The notes beneath the pieces were generated by a model that searched no databases, had not been told where the DNA came from, and worked only from the letters and a program-made list of their open reading frames with translations. From Vicugna vicugna (taxonomy: Eukaryota), in NCBI GenBank assembly GCA_013265495.1, contig MU057728.1, positions 159,767 to 182,761 on the forward strand: a stretch of 22,995 bases of DNA. The letters run 5' to 3'. The translations under genes were made by a program, and so were the position numbers. This document shows positions 10,487-20,092 of this stretch, one piece after another (within the stretch, counting starts at the first letter, position 1; every line of letters starts with the position of its first letter).

Positions 10487-10549
10487 GGCATCTGTGGCCA
10501 CCTGTCATCGTGGTGCTGGTGCCGCGGTTACTGGCATCAGATAGTGGTG
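10487..10549 (+). other. Candidate 63-nt internal exon
   Basis: Acceptor ctttttgttccctctgctgacttcag|G and donor GTG|gtgagc; length is a multiple of 3; two frames are open. Confidence 0.4.
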
Positions 10550-10784
10550 GTGAGCTTTGAGGGCCTCTTCTCAGTGTAATAAACAGTTTGCCCAGTCTTG
10601 GCCAAGGGGTGTACATCCTGCCGGACAGCTGCCCAGGTTGGGGTGGCAGCTCACCCAGGGAACTAAGCAAAGGCGTGACCTCACTGGCACTGGCCTAACC
10701 AGCTGGGCTTGCCAGCCAACCAGCCAGCAGAGTGGATGCTGCAGGGCCACAGGCTTCCCTCTTTCATGACCCTTCCAGGGAGCC

Positions 10785-11300
10785 CGGCTTAGCCTCCCTC
10801 CCCTGCTCCGCTGAATCACCCTTCAGCGCGGACAGCAGCTCCAGGCTGTGTCCACCGCTGGCTCTCACTGGAGAAGCGTATCGACAGCCAACTGGATCCC
10901 CGTTGGGACAGCTTTGTTTCCCCTGCCGAACACAAAATCCCCTGTTCACTCGGAGAGCCGACAAGGGGACCCCGTGGGGCTGGCCCTGTGGGAGCAGATA
11001 GCAGTGAATACAGCGCCCCAATGGCTTCAGCTTATTAAAGGCGAATACACAGGCTAACCCTGCCCTCCGAGCGGGAGACAGAAAGGAGGGCACGGAGCTG
11101 TTACAGCGGATTAGCGGCCACAGACTGACGGAGGCAGGTGCAGCCTTTTCTGCAATTTGGAAGGGTTTATGAAATACTGATCCTGTGCTCTATAAATCCT
11201 TCCCTTGGCCTCTTCTGGGCTACAGCCTGAAAATGGGGATTTCTTGTTCAGCCAGGCTGGGAGTGGTTTTGCGTATCTTATTCTCTCCCCCTCCCCGTCT
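10785..11300. promoter_or_regulatory. CpG-enriched non-repeat element (candidate enhancer or internal promoter)
   Basis: About 20 CpG in 10785-11130 against a depleted background; CTTTGTT, CCAAT, GGATTA, CAGGTG, TTTATGA and TATAAAT motifs. Confidence 0.5.
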
Positions 11301-11344
11301 CCCAGCATTCCACGGGAATTCCGATCCAAGGATTTTCGCACTTG

Positions 11345-11535
11345 TCCGTTTGTTCATTTTGTCTTCATTCACTCACCAAATGCACATTGACTGAGGGTCT
11401 GTGCTGGGGGCTGGGTTAACGGGATGATGAGGTGTGGAGTTCTGAGTCTGAGGGACTGTGGTTTACTGTGTGAGAAAGACGTACAAATAGATGATTCTAA
11501 GTCAGACTGTCAGCTGTTAGAGCAGAACCAAGTGT
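11345..11535 (-). mobile_element. L2 LINE 3' end, degenerate
   Basis: ttcattcactcaccaaatgcacattgactgagggtctgtgctgggggctggg...gagaaagacgtacaaatagatgattcta. Confidence 0.65.
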
Positions 11536-13406
11536 TCATGTGTTAGCAGATACCCACATGGCCCTCTGCGTCCTACCAACGTCAGGCTTTGCCCAGAGCC
11601 TTCTGGCTCTGCTCTGCACTGAAAGCCGCGAGTCCTAGGTGGCTCATCATCCCTCCGGGTGGGCTGCTGTTCACTGACAGCAGCAGTGGCAGACAAGAGG
11701 AACCAGTGGTCTAGCTAGAAGTTCAGAGTTTTCAGACACAACCTCTAGGAAGTCCATCTTATGTGGCCAAATTTGCATCTTGGAGAAAACCCAGGGGCCT
11801 TTTTTGGTTTCCACGTTTTTCCCTCATAGAGATGATGATGCCCCCCCACTCCGCCACCGCCCTCGCCATCTGCCCCTGTGAGACACCCCTCACCCAGCTG
11901 GGCAACTCCTCTCCAGCAAGGAGACCTTTCCATCTGTGCTCCCCACCAGGCTTTCCAGGGCTCGCCTCGTGCAAGAGTTTTGACCTTTGACAAAAGATGT
12001 TCAACCTTGTTGTGTGGCTCAAGGTTTCAATGCACGTGATATGGTCAGGAAGGAGATGAGGAGGGTCGTGAGGCCTCCAGGCCACATCCAAGCCTGACAT
12101 CCAAGGGCAAAGGCACACAAAATCAGAGGGCTGTGAGTTAACTTGTCCCAGGGGCCCAGTTTCTAACAGGAGCTGGTCCTTGTGGGTGCCAGAAACGGAG
12201 CCAAGTGGTAGCCGCCACACGGATGGCCTTGCCTTTGGGTGAAAGCTGGTTGGTTCATTGGCCACCAGAATTGTACTAGAAGCGTCTCTCAGTGTGAACT
12301 TCCCAGGGGTGAGTCAGGGCAGCCCTTGGGGGATTTGTGGGCCCCAGAGGCATTCCATTCTCTCATTCCAGTTCCCTTTGACCTGTGGATGGTGGGTAGG
12401 ATTGCAGGAAGCACAGACTCAGAGGGTGCCCTCTAAAACTGGAAGACAAATGTGGAGCTCTGGCTGCGAGTCCTGTGTCTGGGGGCTCCTGGAGACAGAA
12501 GGGATGGGTAAGAAGCAGAAACTCAGTATAAAAGATGACCTTGGCCATCTCATTAGAATATAGATGTGTCCCGGTGGGGAGGGCAGGGCAGGGGTGAAGT
12601 CCACTGGCTTCTTGGTGACCTTCACCAACTAGATCCTGCAGTGGCTCTTGGAGAGGACAGCGTAAAAACTTCTAGCCCCTTCCACAGGGGGCATGGGGTT
12701 TGCGGTGAGCTGGCGTATATCCAGGGTTCTTTTTTTCCTGTCCCCAGAGCAAATGCAGTACTGTCATTCTCCACTTGAGAAGGTGGCGGAGTCTGGTCTT
12801 GACAGGGAGGATTTCGGGATCTGCCGTGGTTCTTGCATTTTTGTGGAATGAGCAGCCCCCATGAGTACGGTTTTTAGACACCTAAGGTATAATTTATAGC
12901 AATGCCATGTCGCTTTTTTTTTTTAAACCATCTTGGATGGAAATCTTTCCCCAGTGTGTTGCCAACTTTCCTGCCTTATTAAACAATGCACATTGAACGT
13001 GATTTAACCTCTCGGGATGATACAGCCATTGCAAAAAGGGATTGTACTGTGAAGACGCTTTTCAGCCGTTTTAGGACTATTGGCCTCTGTTCAAAATGGC
13101 CCGTAGGTATTCTGCATCTGCTTTTGCTAGTTCTGTAGATTTCTGCCTCTTCTTTGCCCTCTGTTTGCTAGCCATTCCTTTTTCCTGCCAGTGGGTGGAT
13201 CTCCAGAAGGACCCCCCCAACCCTTTGACTACATGGATCCTGATGTACTGTGTTCTAGGAGTGGCAGTAATTACATTTATTATCAGTGTTTGGGGAAAAA
13301 AAGAAAAAAAATAAAGAAAAAAGGGTAATTAAGCTGTGAATGAAGACCTGAAGGGATTTCCTTTGTGAGACTAATTTGGCTGCTTCAGCCTCTTCCTGGT
13401 TCTCAC

Positions 13407-13499
13407 CTGTACCCCAGAGAACAGAGTTCAGCACACAGGCGGCCTCCACGTGGGCAGGACTTGTCCGTCAGGAAGCATCTCCACACTCAGTGCAGATGT
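13407..13499 (-). other. Candidate 93-nt antisense non-coding exon
   Basis: Minus strand: ggCTAATcctgcctcctccttacag|ACATCTG...GGGTACAG|gtgaga; stop codons in all three frames. Confidence 0.4.
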
Positions 13500-14714
13500 C
13501 TGTAAGGAGGAGGCAGGATTAGCCTCTTCAGTTCTCATGTCCGAGAACTGAGGAACAGAGAGATAAAGAAGTGGGCCCAGTGTGATGGGGGAAGCCATGT
13601 CCTCAGAGTCTGAAGGGACCAAGAAGCTTGAGAGGGCAGGGCTTTCCCGGAAAGTCTTGAGGGCTGCCCTGCTGGGTAAACAGATGGGAGGTGGGCTTGT
13701 GCTGGGCTGTTTCAGAATGTGAAACTAAGGACATCTGAGGGGAGTTACAGAAACAGATGAGGCTCCACTGATGGACATCCTGACCAGCTCCAGGGTGGGT
13801 GGTGAGGCTGATTCAGACGGTGGGGGGGCCAAAGGAGGTACAAGGGTGAACCAGCTTTTAGGGTCCCTTTTAGCTCCCAGAAGGTGGATTTCATGGCCTG
13901 TGTCAAGTCTGTCAGTCAGTGGCAAGTGACAGAGTAAACCAAGGATGACAGGTGCTTTCCCACTGAGCACCTAGAAGCACCTTATTGAGCTCTGGACCCC
14001 TCGGGTGCGGAGGCTGATCAGTGATGCCTGCCAGGAGCCTGGCAGAGAAACTGCAAGCGCATGTGCGGCTTGTTTGCTTTTCCTGCCTCCATGCTTGCTC
14101 CTGAGCAGCGGCCAGCATCTTCTCCTGCAGCTCTCATGCTTTTTCTGGAGATAAGTTGCTCATCATTAAGCCATTCAGACCAGGACTCCCAGTGTCATGC
14201 CTGTTTCCCTTTTTTCTCCTCTTTGCCTGGGCTCTCATTTGCGTCTACCAGCCAGAAGCTCATCTGCCACTTTGATGGGGAAGAGAAACCTCCTCCCTGG
14301 GTGCAGCAGCTTCTTGACTGGGGTCTGCCGGCCCCTTCTCTGGCAGCCCTGTGGTCACAGCCACACTTCCCAGGGGCTTGGCTGGGGGAGGAATGATGGG
14401 GGCATCATGATGGAAGCAGACTCTTTGGGAAGGAGTGTGATGAGGGGGTGGCTGGGGTGGGGCAGTTACACAGAAGTTCTGCCTGACACTGGGAAGCCGA
14501 GAGGATGGTCCCTTAAGAAGGGGTGTGCTCTTCTTTGGGGTGGGTGGAAGTTAAGGGTCACTGCTCAGTCGTCAGGTAACCCATGGCCTTGGGGACAAAG
14601 ACCCCTTTGGGTGACCCTGACCTGCAGTGAGGGGCAGCTGGTGATAGGGAAAGTGTCCCTGGTCACAGCCACTAATTAATGTAACAGTTGATTATGTAGT
14701 TCCCTTAATTTGTT

Positions 14715-14852
14715 AAGGCTGTGACCGGGGACACTGACCCGTGCCAGCCTGTTTTCTTGTGTGAAGAAATGGCAGTCCTGATGGCTGCCCGCTGGTTTCC
14801 TCATAGAACACTGTGCAGCTCACATGGGATTGTGGGTGTGAAGTGCTTTGGC
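14715..14852 (+). mobile_element. MIR fragment, highly degenerate
   Basis: gcctgttttcttgtgtgaagaaatggcagtcctgat...cctcatagaacactgtgcagctcacatgggattgtgggtgtgaagtgctttg parallels the MIR core and tail. Confidence 0.5.
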
Positions 14853-16026
14853 CAGAGCTGCCCACGTGTAGACTCATCACTGTCCCGGGTGTTCACGCTG
14901 GGCTCCGGTTGGGGGCCTGTGGATCAGACACGGCTGCCCTCTGAGGCTGAGGCGGAATCAGCAGGCAGGGAGGAGGGGGACCCCAGGGCCTGTGGGGCTG
15001 GTGGCAGAGCAGGGTCTGGGACCATCTCCAGGGTAGACTTAATCCTCTCTGCATAGTTTGCCCCAGCTGGGAAGGACTAGGGATGGGCAGCTGAAGGTCG
15101 AGAGGAAACTCTGGATGTCCCGGAACTGGTGGAGCCCGCTGAGGTCTCCTGCTTCCAGTCAGGAGGGCTTTTGCAGTCCCCAAGGCTCTGGGCAAGAGGC
15201 TTTAATCTAATTACATGCTTTATTTGAGCCAATTTGTTTTCCAATCCATCTTGTTCAGCAAGAAGAAAGAGCATGCTGGGGACTCCTGGCACCCTCTTGT
15301 TCCAAGTGGGGAAGAGGAGCTGCTCTGTGCCTCACGTGGCCAGTGCAGCCCCCCGACCTCACCCAGCCCGGCCACCCCACCCCCAACCAGGCTGTAGGCC
15401 GCCCGGTCCCATAGGGAGGGGGCTGGGGCTGGTCAGCCGCTTTCACCAGCTAGAGGAGGGAAAAACAGCCCAGGTGTCTGGTCCCCCTCCCGAAAGCCTA
15501 GCCCAGCCTGCCTGTTCCACCCCCTGTGCCCTCCAGGGCACTCCAGACAGGACTGAAACAGGACAGGCTTCTGAGGCAGGCGACCAGGGAGGGAGCCATC
15601 AAGGCTCGGAGCCTCCCTGGCCCCTCCTACAATAGCTGCCTTCAGAGTCCCAGGCCCAGTGTGTCCAGTCTGCAAATATATTTACATAATAAACCAGTGA
15701 ATTTAGACTCTCTGTTACTAAAGTCCAAACAAAATGAGAGAGCCCTTCCGATGTCCCCAGAGAGGGAAGGTTCGCTGGCCCACACTCTCCTCCCCAGGCA
15801 AGATGCAGCTCTCACCAGGCTGCAGCCTTGTGTGTTTCACAGCATTTTCCAAAATTGTCTTTTTCTGCCCTTCAGAATCCTGCCTCAAGCCTCTGCTTTC
15901 CTACTGTTGACTCAGATCTGCTCTCCTGGGCGGGTTCCCCCACAGGCCTGGTATCTCTGCCCTTGGACTTGGGGAGTGCAGGAATTGCTGGGGTCACTGT
16001 GCATGTGGTGAGGGCAGATGAGTCCC

Positions 16027-16188
16027 CATTTTATTCAGCAAATATTTATTGAGAGCTTATGAGTGTCCTGGTCCCTGGGGAGAGCAGTGAATGGAGGCCA
16101 GTGGCCCCTGGCTTCAGGGAGGGAGGCAGACAGTAACCAAACCAAAATGCACAAAGTAAAACTGCGCTGTGGCGAGTGCTAGGAAGGA
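16027..16188 (-). mobile_element. L2 LINE 3' end
   Basis: ttattcagcaaatatttattgagagcttatgagtgtcc...ctggggagagcagtgaat...gggaggcagacagtaaccaa...gagtgctaggaagga. Confidence 0.85.
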
Positions 16189-16339
16189 CCCAGATCCCCA
16201 GAAAGTAGATTTGTTTTTAGGAACAGCCAACCGTCAGGCAGGACATACAAGACATTGAGTAAGAAATTTTTTAAAAATTTAAATTAGGCATGCCAGGATG
16301 GCAGTGACATTGGTTTTCTTGTCATGGTTCCTGAATTAT

Positions 16340-16535
16340 AGTAAAAATAATGACCGCAAACGTTTTTTACAGCTTGTCAGCCTTCATCCCACTAGCACTT
16401 GAAAGGATTACATGTTTTTACCCCATTTAATAGATGAGGCATCTGAGGTTCAGAGACGTGCAGCCACAAGCCCAAGGACACACAGCTTGAAAGCAGAGAA
16501 GGCAGCATTTGGAGTTCCTGTATAGCCCGCCTGCT
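16340..16535 (-). mobile_element. MIR SINE
   Basis: ttaccccatttaatagatgaggcatctgaggttcagagacgtgcagccacaagcccaaggacacacagcttgaaagcagaga. Confidence 0.8.
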
Positions 16536-16977
16536 CACTGCTCGCCCCGCCCCACAGCCCTGAAGCCCAGCTGTGTTCTGAGATAGTCCCTTTCCCCGCT
16601 GTGCACCAGCTTGTATTCCGAGGTCCGGCTGGAGGTGGTCCGGCCTCTGGACGCTCCCCACCCCGGAGAGAGCAGGCTGAGACCTGCAGGGAAGCCGGCA
16701 TATCCGGAGCTTGGGGCGCTGCTTCCAGGTATCATCTGCACATCCTAACAGAGGCATCAGGGCCTCCTGGTTTCTGGTGCCACTCAAGCCCTCTCCAGCC
16801 CAAGTCACGCCCTCTTCGTTTGTCAAAGAGCTGAGCAGATTTAAAAGATGCCCAAGCACTTTACCCCGGCTCTCCATGGGTGTCACAGAATAATCATGGA
16901 AGATGCCGACTCTGTCTTCTGGTTGGGGAGACTGACTTGTGGGTTTGAGCGGTCTTGGTATCTCACGGGGGCAACTG

Positions 16978-17250
16978 CATTCAGCTTGTTTTACTCCGCG
17001 TTTGTGGCCACGGCAGGTACCCAGAGTTTATGTTCCAGTGTGTTCTGTAAGCGTTCAGTGGTGACCCACACTGCACCAAGTGCTGGGACCGAGGTCCGAT
17101 TCCCCACTGGGAGAGCAGGCACACAGGTAATTCTGAACCACTGCATCATGGGTGCTGAGAGCAAAGAGGGTGCTTGACTGTGCTTAGGGTGGAGAGGAAG
17201 GCAGCCCAGGGAGATGACCCAGGAATGGCATCCAGGGATGCTCGCCAAGG
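16978..17250 (-). mobile_element. Probable degenerate L2 fragment
   Basis: cattcagcttgttttactccgcgtttgtggccacggcaggtac and ctgggagagcaggcacacaggtaattct...ggaaggcagcccaggagatgac loosely follow the L2 3' region in antisense. Confidence 0.4.
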
Positions 17251-17869
17251 GGGCTGGTTCTCAAGGCCAGGGCGTGGCGGCTGACCTTCTCCAGCATCCG
17301 CTGGGGGAGGGCTCCTTCTCTTCAGCTACTCTGCACATAATGGGATCCACCCACGTTCACTCACATGAAGAAGACATGGCGAAAACAAGGTCCTAGTTTT
17401 GGGCCTTTCCATCCGGGCACCTGAGCACCTTCTCCCTGGGCCGGCTGTCTGGATCTGGATCCACAGCGTAGCCCAGGAGGGGATCTTGGAGGCAGACGTG
17501 CTCCTGTTGGGAGACAGGGCTGCATCGCCCTGATCTCACTCCACCATCCAGCTCCCTGGTTTGGGTCAGTTTTATAGATTCTGCCAAGGACCAGGACAAG
17601 GTCCCTCCATCTCTGACCTGAGCTCTCCCCTTCACCTCGTGAGGCCCCACCTTTCCTGCTGCTCTGCTGTCATTCGCCTTCCATTTGCTGTCACTCAGCC
17701 GGGGACCCCTGAGGCCATCTGGAGCCCATCACTCAGCTGGCAGCAACCCCCATGCTTTATTCTCTAGCTGAAGGGTCATCTTCTCAAGAGACCACCTCCA
17801 AACTCCCTTACCTTTCTCTCTGCACCCTAGTCATTTCCTCCTTCATCCTGGGAATGGGTGGGACAGTCA

Positions 17870-17950
17870 TTACCAGCATGATTACCCCATCTTACAGATG
17901 GGGAGACTGAGGCTTACAGTGGTTCAGGGCCTCAGGTCGTAGGGCTGGTG
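17870..17950 (-). mobile_element. MIR core fragment
   Basis: attaccccatcttacagatggggagactgaggcttacagtggtt. Confidence 0.8.
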
Positions 17951-18624
17951 ATATGATTGCTTTTTATAGGACATGACTGCTTTCCCTGGAGCCCTTCTCA
18001 GGCGACTTCCACTAACACCCTGGGAGCCAGAAGTGGGACCTGGCCGTGCTGAGCTGCATGAGAGTCTCTGAAGAAGAGTATTTGAAGTTGGAAACATTGG
18101 GGTTTGCTATTTGGGGAGGAAGGAGAATGGATACTGGGGAGGCTCCAGCAGATCTGTCAGATCCAGGCTTGACGGTCAAGCCGTCACAGTGAGGGGCTCT
18201 TTAGGACACAGTAGGGGAGTGGGGAAGGAGGGCCCTTGGTGTGCCTTGTACAGTGTACCCACCTCTGGGAGCAACCCCTGCTGGTGTGGCAATGCAAACT
18301 ATCTCAGAAGCTCTGAGTGAAGGCGTGGCACTGGGGAAGGAGCAGGAAGAAAGGGCTTCCCTGGGGAGCCCCCTTCCCAGCTCTAAGCATCTGAGCCCCA
18401 GCCCCCAGCCGGTGCCTAGGTCACTGGTATAAAGCATGCCTATCCAGACCGCTTCACCAGAATATGGACTTGTAGTCCCTGGGGAAGAATGAGGCTTGTG
18501 CACAGCAGAAGGACAATTTAGGTTTCCAAGAACTTGGAGACTGGCTTCTTGTGAGGACAGTACAGAGTAGAGATCCCACTCAGGTGTGAGGTGGGGCTGG
18601 GCAGCCCAGGGGACCCAGGCCTGG

Positions 18625-18990
18625 CTAGAACCCTCTGGTGGCTTTGCATTACATCCAAACAGAATCCAAACCTTACCCAGCCCCACCCAGCTGGTGTGAT
18701 TTTTCACCTCTGTGCCTCTGCTCACTGTCTCTTCATTCATCCCTGGACTCTGCCAGGTTCAATCTTGCCTCAGGGCCTTTGCACAGGCTGATCTTCCTGC
18801 TGGGGAATTCTCTTCCCTCAGACCTTCTTGTGCCTGCCTCCCTCGCACTGTTTAGTTCTCAGTGCTTTGTTACCTCCTCAGGGAGCTTTCCTGGACCACC
18901 CTCTTGAGAGTGGCACCCTCACTCCCAGCCATGTCACCATGTGCACATTTCGCTGACTACTCACTTCTCCTTTTTCCCTTGGTATTATTA
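18625..18990 (+). mobile_element. L2 LINE fragment
   Basis: acagaatccaaacctta...ttgcctcagggcctttgcacaggctgatcttcctgctggggaattctcttccctcagacctt...ttacctcctcagggagctttcctggaccacc. Confidence 0.88.
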
Positions 18991-19016
18991 TTTGTGGAAT
19001 TGGAAGAGATGGAACT

Positions 19017-19045
<29 letters not shown>
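19017..19045. repeat. Compound (TC)n(CA)n microsatellite
   Basis: tctctctctctctctcacacacacacaca. Confidence 0.9.
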
Positions 19046-19047
<2 letters not shown>

Positions 19048-19149
19048 TACACACCTTACTGGACAGAGATAGCATGTCATTATGGGATTCCCCCCATTAG
19101 TGGTCCGCATCCTCACTGAGGCTGAGACTCGCCTCAGAATTCTTTTAGT

Positions 19150-19280
19150 GTTTTTCTTCTTTTGATACAAGAAGGGTATACTCATTCTAGTAAAATTAAA
19201 TTTACAGATAAGACAAAGCAAAAGTATAAAGACCAGCCACTGTCCTTCCACCCCACATTTTGGTGCACAGTATATTTTTC
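19150..19280 (-). mobile_element. Old L1 (L1ME-like) 3' terminal fragment
   Basis: tatactcattctagtaaaattaaatttacagataagacaaagcaaaagtataaag...ccaccccacattttggtg resembles the antisense L1ME 3' end. Confidence 0.5.
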
Positions 19281-19715
19281 TAGAATGAAATTCAAACTCC
19301 TGCCATGGCTGACAAGCCCCCCCAGGGAGCCCTGCTGGGACCGGGCAGCCTCACTGCTGAGTCCCCTCCCCCTCCCCGGACTCCAGGCTCCCTTTTGTTG
19401 GTTCTTCACACCTGCCTGGCCATTTCCTGCCCTTGCTCCCTCCTTGTCCTCCTCAGTGTCACCTCCTCACACTGGCCTTCATATCCAAGCAGGTCTCCAG
19501 CTGCCTCCCACCCCGTCCCCATCCTTTACCAACACACACAGGGTTGTTTTTGTTTTGTGAGTGTCACTCTTTGAGGAGTGTAGTTACACTTGTATTGTGG
19601 ACCTGTCCCCTCCTTCCCTAAAGCCACCCTGACTGTTCCACAAGCCCCAGTGCACCCAGCGTCTCCCGGAGCCGGCCGCGTGGGAATCTCTTAGGAACAC
19701 TTTTAACTGGATGAA
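19281..19715 (+). mobile_element. L2 LINE fragment running to the 3' end
   Basis: agaatgaaattcaaactcctgccatggctgacaagccc...tgtcacctcctca...ccccagtgcacccagcgtctcccggagccggccgcgtgggaatctcttaggaacac...ggatgaa. Confidence 0.65.
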
Positions 19716-19734
19716 GAGCTGATAAGTTCCCCGA

Positions 19735-20092
19735 AGTGGGGGTGCTGCCTCAAAGGGTGTGCATTTTCCAGGGTTTTGACCTTCTGAGCCAGTTGCACTC
19801 AGGAAAGTTGGTATTGATTTGCACCCCAACCACATTGTCAGTGTGTGTGTATTTGCTTTGCTACTTTGCCAGGCAAAAGTTCTGTATTCCTGTTGATTTA
19901 AGTTGTGTTTTTTTGATTATTTGAGATTGAACCATTGTTACACCTCCTTGCCCACTTTTTCCCCCTCCCTTGTGAATTGCCTGTTCCTCTCCTTTGAATG
20001 TTAGGTTGCTTGTCTTTTCTTATTGATTCAGAAGAACTCTTTATATATTAATGACACCCATGCTTTGCTCTCCATGTTGAAAACACTTTTGG
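19735..20092 (-). mobile_element. Old L1 (L1ME-like) fragment
   Basis: tgctgcctcaaagggtgtgcatttt...gccagttgcactcaggaaagttggtattgatttgcacccc...tgtgaattgcctgttc...ttcttattgattcagaagaactctttatatatta. Confidence 0.8.

Noticed and set aside
11010..11026. CTCF-like GCCATTGGGGCGCTG on the minus strand
   Set aside because: Two bases short of the CTCF core spacing
11830..12040. Acceptor-like sites and short open frames (MMMPPHSATALAICP and others)
   Set aside because: Weak donors, no consistent frame, no recognisable domain
16848..17177. 109-aa ORF with a hydrophobic stretch
   Set aside because: The distal part overlaps a probable degenerate L2; no splice or homology support
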